Positions 37,193-48,584 of a stretch of DNA of 64,000 nt are shown here, one piece after another. Below the pieces are notes generated by a model. It ran no database searches. It saw nothing but the letters and a program-made list of their open reading frames with translations, and was not told where the DNA came from. Position 1 is the stretch's first letter, and every line of letters begins with the position of its first letter. Both the position numbers and the translations under genes were made by a program. Source of the DNA: Reclinomonas americana ATCC 50394 (taxonomy: Eukaryota). The DNA lies in assembly GCA_048213135.1 (NCBI GenBank), contig PS015202.1, positions 87,795-151,794 on the forward strand, written 5' to 3'.

Positions 37193-37957
37193 GAACTGGC
37201 GAGTGGGTTGGGTGGGTTGGTTGGAGAGAGAGCAGTCATGATGCGATGGTTTGGCTATCATGCGCTCACTCCATGCACGTGGCCACGGCTGCGAGTGAGA
37301 AGTGTGTTTGTTTGGGATGCTAGTCGAGGGTGTGAGAACGAGAGGGACTTCTCACGTTGACAATAAACTTTTCACCGAACAAGTTGGTGCCGTCCGCCGC
37401 CGCACGAAACAGCAAGAAAGCCTCGTTGAAAGACCTCGCTGTATAGTGAGCAGGGGATGCCGAAGACGGCCCCCTCGACGCATGCGACAGGATTCTACGA
37501 ATATATGGTTTAGACAACGGCAGGAACACATGCGCACAGCGGTCGCAAATTTTTGGGGACATCTTTCGCTATATTTGGATATCGCGGGATCGCATCGTTC
37601 ACGGGGAGAGAAGACCGTTGAGGTGAATGTGCACACATGAGTGAAGTGTGGTGCTTGGGAGGGCCACGAGAGAGATCCTGCTTCTGTGCTCTTTTCCTTC
37701 TTGTTCAGTACCGTAAACTATCTTCGTGGAAACGCACTTTTTGCCGCACTTTTTGAGAAACGCATGCGCATCGCGCCGTGTTGTCAGTGCCCTCGCCGTC
37801 GCAGTCCCTCTCGCGCTCTGACACTCACATACACATGCACCCACATACACTCCCCCCTCTCTCTCTCCCCAGCGGACACGTCTCTTTGTCTGTATATTGA
37901 GCAGCGGTCGTCCATATATCGCGCCCCCCTCACTGATTTATGTGTTCACAGACAACA

Positions 37958-40212
37958 ATGACAGCAGCTACCGCAGCCACTGTGCCGTTTATGATGCCTC
38001 GCACCGGCCGTCACTGGAGCGCAGCTGAGGACGACGAGATGGTGGCCCTTGTTTCGGTGAGTTTAACAACACGAGGCGAAGATCTAGAGTTTTGTGAACA
38101 CACACACACACACACACTTGCACAAGTAGTGCGCATCACAAATCGCACACGCACGCACACATGCAGAGAGAGAGAAGCAGAGTTGGACGTACAGGTGAAT
38201 ATGACCTGCGAGTGTGGTGCGGTAGGAGCGTGCGGAGTGTTCTTTCGCTGAGAAGTCATGAACCATTTCGAGAAACAGGATCTGTGTGAATCTGGACGTC
38301 ACTCACACAAACTCTTCTGCGCATGCTACATCGCAGCGACTCGGCACAGACAGTTGGCAGCAAGTGGCGAAGCACATGAAGGGCGGACAGCGAACGGCTA
38401 AACAATGCCGAGAGAGGCGAGTATGTTTTGTACAAGTGTGTGTGTGTGCGTGTTCAGTCGAGAGACTGCATATTCCCTGTTTCAATTGCGAACGTGCAAC
38501 AGCAGTTGACGACTGAGTACGTGCGGGGTTGCTGATTATTGATGGGCACAATGCAGGTGGGCCAACCATCTCGATCCGCGAGTGATGCGAGGCGTGTGGA
38601 CGGAGGCGGAAGACCGGCTGATCTTGCGCGGACAGGCCACTCTGCACAACCAGTGGGCGGCGATTGCCAGCCTCCTGCCAGGGCGCACAGCGAACAATGT
38701 GAAGAACCGCTGGAACTCTGTGCTGCGCCAGTTGCGTGACGCATGAAAGCAGCTTGTGTACAAGCTGCATATGTGTACAAGCTGCATACTTATTTTGCAA
38801 ATTGGTTATTTTCTCTCCCACGACCTGCAGAGCGGCCGAGAGCGTACGCGGTTTCACATTGGGAGGAGGGGCAAAAGGTGGCCAGCGAGTGGTGATTGTG
38901 GAGGGCGAGTTGGTGGACCTCATGTTCGGCAAGATCGGAGCTGACGGACGCCGTCAGCAGCGTCGTCAGATGCGGATGCGTGATCGGCCGGTTGTCTGGC
39001 ACCAGTGCACACCGGACCCCGAGAGTGGCACACTCAAGACGAAGAGTCAAGATGTCGTCGAAGACATTGGTGCCTCGATTACGTACGGTGAGCGGTGGTG
39101 TGTCTGTCCTGTTTTCGAACTCTGTGCATTTTTTCACCATTGCCATTCATTTCGCGCGCGACAGAGACCGACCAGGACCGCAAGCTGCTGGATGAGATCA
39201 TTGCCATGGTGCATAACCCTCAACCAAAGCCAGAGCGTCGCAAGGCAATTGTCATTCACGATCAGTCAGCACTGCTGGCCAGTGGAGGCGGCCGCCTATC
39301 ACGACGGCGTTCGAGCGATGTACACGTCAGTGCTGATCATGACCTCTCGATCCCGAACATGGACGACGCGCGCGCCAACGAGACTGACGCCATCGACGTT
39401 GACAGCGGCCGTGGCGTTCGTCGACAGTGCAGACGCAGCGCTAGCCGACCGCAGGAAGGCGAGGCGTCACCGACAACTCGTGGAGACGGAACTTCTATCG
39501 TTGATCGCGATATCGATACGGCCGCGGATATCGATGATGACGACGATGAGCCGGCTCACAAGCGGCGACGATTGTCACCAGTGGCTTCTCCGCACTCTAC
39601 CGACGCTGACGTGGGTGCGATGGTCGTTTCGCCCGTGGCCAACGGACGCCAGCTGCATATGCATGCGCAGCCGCCGGTGCACGTTTCACTTGACGAAGCC
39701 GATATCGGTCGCCGCCAGCTGCAGTTGACAACAGCGCCGCTGAACTTGACCACCGACGTCAACGACAGCGTGGAGTCCATGGAGGACATGTACGCCGCCG
39801 TATTTGCGCCACCGTCGTTGACGTGTGTGCAAGAGGCGCGCGCTCTTGCCACTCATTTGCACCACTACCACCACACTGGATCCGTTGCCGGACAGCCTCC
39901 TCCTCCTCCACCTCCTGCTGTTGCTACACCAGTTTCAGACATCGAAGACATGTTGGTGGCCAGCTGGTGGGCCACTGGCACTGACCAACACCAGCCTACG
40001 ACCAAACCGGGTGCGACAGTAGTGGTACTCGATGACGACGTCCGCCCAGCATCTCTCGACTATTTCGACGTGGTCGACACTGACAGCGGAGCTGACAGCG
40101 TGTGGCATCTGTTGCGTCATTGCGCCCCTCACACTGCAATCGCTTGCGCAGTGCATGATGACCTGATCATCACTGCTCGTGCAGGTTGACACTGGGCCGC
40201 AGTTCGCAGTGA
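37958..40212 (+). CDS. Two-repeat (R2R3-type) Myb transcription factor
   Basis: WSAAEDDEMVALVS|RLGTDSWQQVAKHMKGGQRTAKQCRER|WANHLDPRVMRGVWTEAEDRLIL...QWAAIASLLPGRTANNVKNRWNSVLR. Intron 38417-38556 is GC-AG. Confidence 0.88.
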
Positions 40213-40438
40213 ATATCGATCGATCTGCAGCAGCCTCCAACCGTGGTTGCGAGCTTGTATTCTCTTTTTTGCACTCCTTTTGTGTCATTACGCATGTTGT
40301 TTTCCCCCTTGTTTGTTTCATCTGCCGCGCGCTCAAGTACGTGCGCCGTGTCTGTGTTCGTCAACTTCAACCGAGTGAATCGTTAGCGTTCCTCACTTCA
40401 CTGTACAACAACAACTTTGTCGTTTGCGCGCTAGATGT

Positions 40439-42231
40439 CTAGTCGTAGCCCTTGATGCCACCCTTGGCACGTGCGGCACGTGTACGCGCATGTCGCTCCT
40501 CATGGCCTTCGATTTGTGGAGCCAGACGGCCGGCCTGGTAGTCTTCCAGCGTCTGGATGATTTCCTCGCGTCTGCGCAGCACGATGCCACCGACGTGTTG
40601 TGAGTTGGATTATCAGGGCAGCACAACACAACCTCGCACACAACAAAAGACGCAACGTGTTCATCACAAACGGCCCGTGCCACACCACTGGCTCGCGGAG
40701 CTTCTTGCCAGCGCAAAGCAGGATGCGAGCCTCCTCCGTGGCATCCGCAGCATTCTCCACCAGTACCGAGTCCACCGCCGTGTCATCCTCCGACTCCTCA
40801 AACTCCACACTGTTGTGCAAGTTCACATCGGTCTTGCCATTCACCCGCACGTTACCGCGGAACACATAAATGAGGCCGCCAGAGTCACGAGGCAACGGCT
40901 GCGTCAGCGACGCACCGGGCGCCAGTCGGATGTCCAGCACTGCCGAGGAGAAGAAGAGTTTAGAAAAAGGTGAGACGAGTCACGCTTGATGGTACGGTGC
41001 ACACTCGCACCTGTGATGGGCGTCTTGGTCTCGATCACGGCTGATGAGCCGAGGCACTCCCCAGTAATCACTCGCGCAATCACACCATCGGCCTCGGCCA
41101 CCGGAATGCGCTCCGGCGGCACATCCTGGTACCGCGGCTCGCACATCTTTTCCTTGGCCGGCAGGTTGACCCACAGCTGGAACCCTCTGCGCGCACGCAT
41201 TAGCACGGCGAACGAAATACAAGAAAAACTGGCAACACACAACTCCATGGTTCCGCCGTTCTCCATGAGGTCATCACTGGGCATCTCGCTGTGGATGACG
41301 CCGCGTCCGGCCGTCATCCACTGCACCCAACCGGCCGACAACTCACCGCTGTGGCCGGCCGAGTCGCGATGCTGCATGCCACCCTGCAGCATAATCGACA
41401 CTGTCTCCTGCCCGCGATGCGGGTGATCGGGCGCACCCACGGCCTCACCGGGGCCATATGTCACCGGACCGAGATGACTGTGAATGCGAGTGAGAACCTA
41501 CATAGCACAGCAAGGCATTGTCATCATGGGAGACGAGGATGCCGCAACTCGAGCATCAAGAAGGGATCTGCGCGCACACACACACGGAGAGAGGTGAGCG
41601 CGCGCGTCGGAGATAGAGAGGCAGGGAGCGGTGGCTCACCAGTGCGCGTGTATGACGAGTTGCGCCCGCCCATTGGACGACGCACCAAGAATCCGCCTCC
41701 CTCGCGCATCTGAGGTGCCAGCTGGGGGCGAGAAATGCGACGCAGAGCCATGGACGCCGTGGTTGTCTTCTGTTTAGAGAGAGAGAGAGAGAGAAAAAGA
41801 AAGGTGATTGCCTGCTCTCGTGGAGAACAACAGAGCGAGTGGTGATGCCGGAGTGAGTGTGACAGAAACGCTTAAATGTCCCTTTGTGGGGTCCGACAGA
41901 AAGAAAGACAACGAGCATCGTTTGTTTCCGACCCTCGCTTTCTCTCACTCCTCCTCCCACCGTTCACCCGCTCACTCGCCTTGTCACTGCCTCCCTCTTG
42001 CTCTCGTTGTTGCACAGACAACTCCGACGGGATTGTGATTTCTTCTTCTCGCTCTTGCACTTCTTGTGACTGCTGCAGCACTGCTTGTGTCGATGCTGCG
42101 CTGGGTGGTGGCGATGATGCAGGTGCGCCCGAGTTGAACCAGATGAGCAGGGTGGTGAAGAGGATGCTGGCGATGAGGACGAGCAGCAGTCGTTGTCGTG
42201 ACGGAGCGAGTGGTGATCGTGTGTCGCGCAT
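40439..42231 (-). CDS. Pirin family bicupin (core 40439-41751) with probable N-terminal type II membrane anchor exon (41980-42231)
   Basis: [68 protein letters not shown] and [13 protein letters not shown]. The upstream TM exon joins in frame through AAG|GCGAGT...AAACAG. Confidence 0.9.
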
Positions 42232-42377
42232 GCCTCTCTCTCCACAGACGCAGACAGTCGATGCGTCCCCAACACAAACAGCGACGGAGGATGGAACGCC
42301 GATCGATGTGCTTCGTTTTTGTTGTTTTTCACTCTCTCGAGTCATGCATGCACTGTGTCGGCGAGCACATTGCTCAC

Positions 42378-43613
42378 TCATGCGCGGTACAGCCTGATCG
42401 GGAAGTTTTCCGTGATTTGATAGCCTGGCGCACCATAGTCAGCGTGTTGGCATGGAAATGTTTAAAGGCAAGCAGCACACAAACCATCCTCCAGCAACAC
42501 CACAAGGTTGACCTCGAACTCGACGCGGAACTGCTCCGAGATCAGCGTCGGGCACGTGAACAGGCGCGGGAAGATCATGTGAATGGGTATGGAGAAGTCG
42601 CGGCACACGTCGCCGTCGGCAATCTGAATGTTCTGAATCTCGGTGGCTGCTCAACGACGAGACTGAGAAACAAATGCGCACTCCGCGCCGAGACTGCCAT
42701 CGCACAGCTCACCTTCTTTTGCGGTGCCGTCCTCCTGACTCTTGATGGTCTCCACACGCACCAGTTGCACCTCGATACTCTTAATGAGGCTCTCCGACTT
42801 GCGCACGGTGACGAGGCCGGTGAAGGGTCGCGTGATCTCACACAGCACCGAATCAATGTAGCCGTCGACGGCAAAGTCGGGAATGCGCGACAGCGAGCTC
42901 TTCTTCACATTGCGCAGCGACTCGGGCACAATGCTGAAATCCACTCGCCGCTCCTCCTGCTTGTGCGACCGCAAATGCACCACAAACTCGGTGCTGCGCT
43001 TGACATTGCGCTGCATGAAGCCGCGTTGCATCTCCACCGAGATCACATATCGCACATTGACAAACACGCCGTGATATGTCTCAAACAGCTCCCTGCCCGC
43101 ATCCGCCGGCTGCACCAACTCAAACTCAAAGGGCACCTGTGTTGTGGCACCCAGGAGGTGAGCAAGACAAGTGTGAAGCTGTTGCGCGTGCGTGCTTGCT
43201 TGCGGACCTCCCACACGCCCTTTTCGAACTTTCCCGGCGGCACCACCTCGAACTGCACCGAGAACAGCTCCAGCGGCTTCACATTGTTGTAAAACGCCTC
43301 GAACAGGCCCACAGACTTGGCACTGAGGTCGAGCTTGACACCGCCCTCCGCCGACAATGTGACACCCTGATGCTTCAGCGACGAATCCGTCGAAATCACC
43401 TAAAGGCGGAGGCGGATGAGGAGAAAAGTGAGTGGTGAGTGCGAGGTTAGTCTGTTCCACAGTACACGCACCACAAAGCCCGACACCGTGTCCTGCATCG
43501 CGCGTGTGTGAGAAAATGAGTGAGATTGGCGAGAGAGACTGACAGCATTCGCACGCAACTCCTGGTCGGTATGTGCGATCGGCCTTGCGCAGCTTGATCT
43601 CCACCTCCTTCAT
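42378..43613 (-). CDS. VPS26C: Retriever subunit VPS26C (DSCR3)
   Basis: LSAKSVGLFEAFYNNVKP, LFETYHGVFVNVRY, IKSIEVQLVRVET, ATEIQNIQIADGDVCR and C-terminal ITENFPIRLYRA*. Six coding exons, all GT-AG. Confidence 0.92.
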
Positions 43614-43857
43614 CTGCTGCACACAACAAGACAGAGAGAGAGAGAACGTGAGAGAGAGGGCGTCATGGCGCGGAACATCCGCACACACAGAGACACAGAC
43701 ACGCACACGCTTTGTCGACACCAGCACACTCACATGCCACTACAACACACAACATACACGGAACACAAGCCGCGCCCTCACCTTCCTGTGACTGCGTGTG
43801 CTATTATTGTCCGCGGACAGTTCATCCGCGCGCGAGCGGTATTGGCACTGGCGGGAA

Positions 43858-44921
43858 ATGCCTTCACAACGGTCGACATTTTCTCATATGGGCGAGTGGG
43901 TGGAGGAGACGCGATTTTTCGGGGTGCACCCGATTGCGTTGATGGATGATGTGTACAACATGATTCAGGACTATGTGGTGGAGGCGGGTCGATCGTTGGA
44001 CGATCATTTGTATGCCGAGATGCGTGTGATTGATAAGGGAGCGACGATTGAGCGTATCAAGCAGGTGAGGGAGTGTCTCTCCGCGTGAGAGTGGGTATGT
44101 TGCTTACACATGTGCGTTGAGTAGACGGTGTCGCGATACATGGAGATCTTGGTCGATCTGCGCGATCGCAACTATGACAAGTTTGAGATGTACGCGCTGC
44201 GCAATGTGTTTCGCTTGCCTGAGGCGCTGAGCATCGACACGCTCTCGGCGGTTGCGTGCAGTCACTCGCTCACGCGCATCTATGGCGGTTGCTCATGCGC
44301 ACGTGCGCGCACACACGCAGGATGTCGATGTCACTTACACGGACGACGACGAGGCCAAGTTGGATGAGGAGATTGAGCGGCTACGAGAGGACGTGCGCAA
44401 CGTTGCGTGGTGCCACTGTGGTAAAGAGAGAGTGTGTCTTGTCTCACGCGCGCAGGGGCGGGTGGAGCGCAGATGGCATTCTGGCGACGGAAAGTGCGCA
44501 GCGAGTTGGAGAGTCTGCGATTGTCGATTGGTGGTCTCGAGAAGATCCGTGATGCGCTCAGTGAGCTGACATCCACATCGTCGAGAGCACAAGGTAGGGT
44601 GATGCTTCTTGCGAGGGAGGAAAGGATGCTTGGCGTCAACTCAATCGATCGCGACAATCAGTCAATGTGTTGAAAGATCTCATGATCCCGCTGGCCTCGG
44701 CAAGGCAAGAGGCCGGTGTGGCACTGGCGCGTGTCGAATCCGCGCTGACCTCCTTCTGCGACGCCAATCGAATCGAAACCGGCGCAGGTGAGGATATAAG
44801 AGAGAGACAGAAAGAGAGGGGAAGTCGACGTTTGCGCTGAAGTCGATTCTGTGCAGGAGCGTCAAGAAGCGCAGTGGCCGATGCTGCAATGCGGTCGGTG
44901 CCACATGCGCATGCGCTGTGA
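43858..44921 (+). CDS. MIS12: Kinetochore protein Mis12
   Basis: ETRFFGVHPIALMDDVYNMI and NYDKFEMYALRNVFRLP match the two conserved Mis12 blocks. A coiled coil follows (LDEEIERLREDV). Confidence 0.75.
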
Positions 44922-45073
44922 AGAGTACCAGAGGCGGCTGGGAGGCGAAACGAGTTGAGAGGAATGTGGAGGGGGAAAAAGAAGAAAATGTAAAAAAATC
45001 ATGATTGTTGGCAGTTGTCGCCGTCCTGTCGCGAATGTTTTCGTTGATTGTGTTGTTGGTGAGCGAGAGCAAC

Positions 45074-46112
45074 ATGTCGCGTGCCAGCAGCAGCAGCGTG
45101 GCTGGTGTGATCACCGAGTCCATGATCTTGCAAGCGAGTGGTGAGATCAGTGTCGACAGTGTGACGTTTCTCCCGTTACGAAACCTCGGTGAGCGATCGC
45201 GAAAGTTCCACAGTGAAGGAAGACACGCTCATCCCGCGTGATCCCACCCAGGCCTGACCAGCTTGAACGGTGTGGAGGTGTGTGAACGGTGCACGGAGCT
45301 GGACGCCTCCATGAACCGCGTGTGCGAGATTGGCGCAGTCACCTCACTGGCCGAGCTTCGCGTGTTGCGACTCATTGGCAACCGCGTGAACGACCTCAGC
45401 GTGCTGGCCAACGTGCCAACCCTCCAGCAGCTGTTCCTCCAGGGCAACGCCATTGCCGACGTGCAGGCGTTGGCACCGCTGAAGCACTGTCACGGGTTGC
45501 AGATGCTCAGTCTGCAGAACTACGATCGCTCCATGCCCAACCCGGTGTGCGAGACCGCCGACTATTGGCGGCAAGTGCGTGCGCTGTTGCCGCAGGTGCG
45601 CGTGCTCGACGGCAAGAGATTACACATTGAGGTGCGTTTTCTCCTCGCAAAGATCCGTCGCAGTGGCAAATGATCCTAACGCTGGTTGTTTCGTGCAGTG
45701 CATGTCAGAGACAGGCGTCGGCCCTGAGCCCGACATGGAGGCCTCGCAGTCGGGCAGCAGCGGTGCCGACGATATCGTCATTCCGAAGACCGCGCCCTGG
45801 CTGACCAGTTGCGTCGCTCTGCTCCCCAGCGCAGTCGACAACTGCGACTGACTGACTCCTGTCTCGCGCCTGCAGAGTACGAGTGGAACCCCGACAAGCC
45901 GCACTTTGACGAGGTCAAGCGCAGCATCAACTCCATCTCCCAGGGCTTCAAGAGTTGCGATGCGGAGGGCGCACCAAGCACATGATCTGCCGTCTCTCTC
46001 TCACACATCATTCACAGACGATGTCATTGACTGTCGCAAGTTGCTGGCCAAAGCTGATGAGCTGCTGGCAGGCACCAGTGGAGGAGGAGGCAGCAGCAGC
46101 AGCAGCAAATGA
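45074..46112 (+). CDS. LRR protein with LRRcap, LRRC61-like
   Basis: ITESMILQASGEISVDSVTFLPLRNL, SDS22-type LRRs (LDASMNRV, LRLIGNRV, LFLQGNAI) and the cap NPVCETADYWRQVRALLPQVRVLDGKR. Confidence 0.7.
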
Positions 46113-46158
46113 ACAACGCGTGTTTCACTGACTTGAGTCAGAGAGAGAGAGCAAACAG

Positions 46159-46439
46159 TCAGCGGAAGTCAGGGCGATCCTTGAATCGCAGTCGCATGTC
46201 CAACTGAAAGCGCACAAGTCAGAGTGTGTCTTGTGCCTCCCTGTGTGTCTCACCCGCACACGCACCTGTCCTCGTCGACACTCAAAGTACTGTCGTCGCA
46301 CCTTGTCGCACTCCTCACTCAGATGATTCGACTCGACCTTGAGGCACTCCTTGAAGGGCCTCTTCTGCTCGCGGAAGCACGCAGTCGCCACAATGCACTC
46401 AATCAGCTGCTGTCGCAGCTTGTTGCAGCTCTTGCCCAT
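46159..46439 (-). CDS. COA5: Cytochrome c oxidase assembly factor 5 (PET191 family, twin CX9C)
   Basis: MGKSCNKLRQQLIECIVATACFREQKRPFKECLK...EECDKVRRQYFECRRGQ|LDMRLRFK. Confidence 0.85.
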
Positions 46440-46507
46440 TGTGTGAATAGAATAGAGAACGAAGGACACAGATGTCCCCTCGCGTGTTTGTTTGTTCTGA
46501 CTCCGCG

Positions 46508-47868
46508 ATGAGCTCTGATCGCTACTTTGGCCCTCACTGGAGACACCTGATCGCGGGGACACTAGCAGGCGCAGTGTCCATGGCCGCAGTGGTCTGTGTG
46601 GAGCATGCACACGCACACAGTACACACACACACACAGTCACTGATGCACTCATGCACAGGCGCCCATTGATCTTGTCAAGACGCGCTTGCAAGGTTCTTC
46701 TTCTCTCGTCTCTCTTTCTTGCGCCCACTCTTGTGGCTCAAATGCAAGACCACTCTGGCAGCACAAGAGACCTGGTCCAAGGTGCCTGGCATGTACCGGC
46801 CTGTGTACCGGAACTCGTTTCATGCAGTGCGACAGATCTATGCCTCCGACGGGCTCGCCGGCTTCTACAGAGGCGTGGCACCAGCTGTACTCGGCTCTGC
46901 CATGTCGTGGGGACTGTACTTTCTCATGTTTCGTCGCTCGTTCCATCGTTTGCGAGGCAGCAGCTGAGAGCTTCGTCTGTGGGCGCAGATACAACAAGTT
47001 CAAATCGATGGCCAGTGGTGGTGAGAATGTGGAGCTGGGCCCGCTGGGCATTGTTTCGACGAGTACAGGTGCCGGCGCTGTCGTCTGCTGCATCACCAAT
47101 CCGGTGTGGTTGATCAAGACGCGAATGCAGTTGGAGGTGTTGAATGCGGCACCGCCTCTGACAGTGGGCGCTGCTGCTGCATCGCCATCACCAGTGCCAC
47201 CGCCGCCACCGTCGTACAAGAGTATTGGGAATGCGTTTAGAGAGATCCTTCGTGTCGACGGACCGCGTGGCTTGTGGCGAGGCCTCGGGCCGGCACTGGT
47301 GATGACCTCGCACGGGGGACTGCAGTTTGTGGCCTACGAAGAGTTGCAGCGACTGTTTCAGTGGTTTGAGTGGAACCGCTTGCCGCCGACGCAGCAGGCG
47401 CACACACAGAGGCGAGATATCAAGCTGGTGCGGCCACTGGTCTCCCATCCGCCTTTGCTCCCTCACTCACTCACTCACTCGCGGTACGGGGGAGCAGAAC
47501 TCGTGGCACTTTTTCGTCGCCGGCTACGCCTCCAAGATCGTCGCCACTGTCGGCACCTACCCACTGGCGGTGTGTCACCACCCCGCGTGCTCTATGCACG
47601 TCCATCCCTTTTCCCATGACACGATGCGTCGCAGGTGATGAAGACGCGAATGCAAGACTGGAAGAACCGCGACAATACGCTATACTCCAGCATGTGGGAC
47701 GCCGCCAAGAAGATCTACCACAACGAGGGCGTGCGCGGCTTCTACAAGGCCGTCCTCCCGAACACCTTCAAGGTCGCGCCCGCCAGCGCCGTCACATTAG
47801 TGGTCTACGAAGCCGCCTCCAAGTGGCTGCGTGCCCTCGACAGCGTAGAAGACACCGCACCACGATAA
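46508..47868 (+). CDS. Mitochondrial carrier (SLC25), folate/FAD carrier SLC25A32-like
   Basis: Three carrier repeats: PIDLVKTRLQ, TNPVWLIKTRMQL and YPLAVMKTRMQ. Also SWGLYF, SHGGLQFVAYEEL and EGVRGFYK. Confidence 0.85.
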
Positions 47869-47938
47869 TAGAACCAAAACACAGACATGCGTCCTGTGTC
47901 TGCATTTCATCTTCGTTTTTCTCCGACAGACACACGCA

Positions 47939-48561
47939 ATGGCCTTCCGTCTCCCTCTCACTGCACTTGCTGTTGCCTTTGTGCTGGGCATGCTGGCTGT
48001 CGACTTGACCATGGACAGTCACGGTGACGACGTGGCCACGCGCGACATTCCTCTTCTCTACTATCGCGGTCACCGCACTGCGCAGTTCCCTCACAACATC
48101 ACCATTGTGCTCGTCATTGTGTTTGGCGCGGTCTCGCTCATTGTCAACCTGGTCAAGAAGCGCTCGCTGGTGTTGGACTCGGTGTCGGCGGTGTTCATGA
48201 TGTGAGTGTGTGTGCATGCATGCAAGAAGGTGATGATGATGCACATGCATGCATTCTGACTCGCATCTGCAGTGTTGGACTGTATGGCTTTGTCGGTGTG
48301 CTCATTCCAGTTGCGCGAGTGCTGTGCACACTCTCTTGTAGTCTCGTGTGTGTCTCCGCTCATTGTGTGTGTGCGTGCGTGCAGGCGCAAGAGGCGATCA
48401 AGAGCCTGTCGCCTTCCGATCCGTCACTGGCTCCCTTGCTCGTCCTCGTTCAGCAGTGGCACTACATTATGGTCGCCTTGATGGTGCCGGTCATGGGCCT
48501 GCAGATTGCGTCGCATGCCCTCCCCGCGACCGGTGGCAAGAGCAAGCCGCATGCTCACTGA
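47939..48561 (+). CDS. Small four-TM membrane protein, possibly Shr3-like ER chaperone
   Basis: Three exons giving hydrophobic segments AFVLGMLAVDL, IVLVIVFGAVSLIV, LDSVSAVFMIVGLYGFVGVLIP and HYIMVALMVPVMGLQIA, with a basic C-terminal tail. The Shr3 resemblance is by eye. Confidence 0.5.
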
Positions 48562-48584
48562 GTGCGTCCAATCATGTCGATTGT

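Noticed and set aside
41548-41553. Reading class B introns as non-canonical TT-start introns (G|TTGCG)
   Set aside because: That would require shifted non-AG acceptors and would change a conserved residue (pirin MLDH to MLEH). GT-AG explains every case.
48196-48205. In-frame TGA after ...VFMM as possible selenocysteine
   Set aside because: The TGA lies in the GTGAGT donor, and splicing restores the frame. I found no convincing selenoprotein or SECIS in the window by eye.
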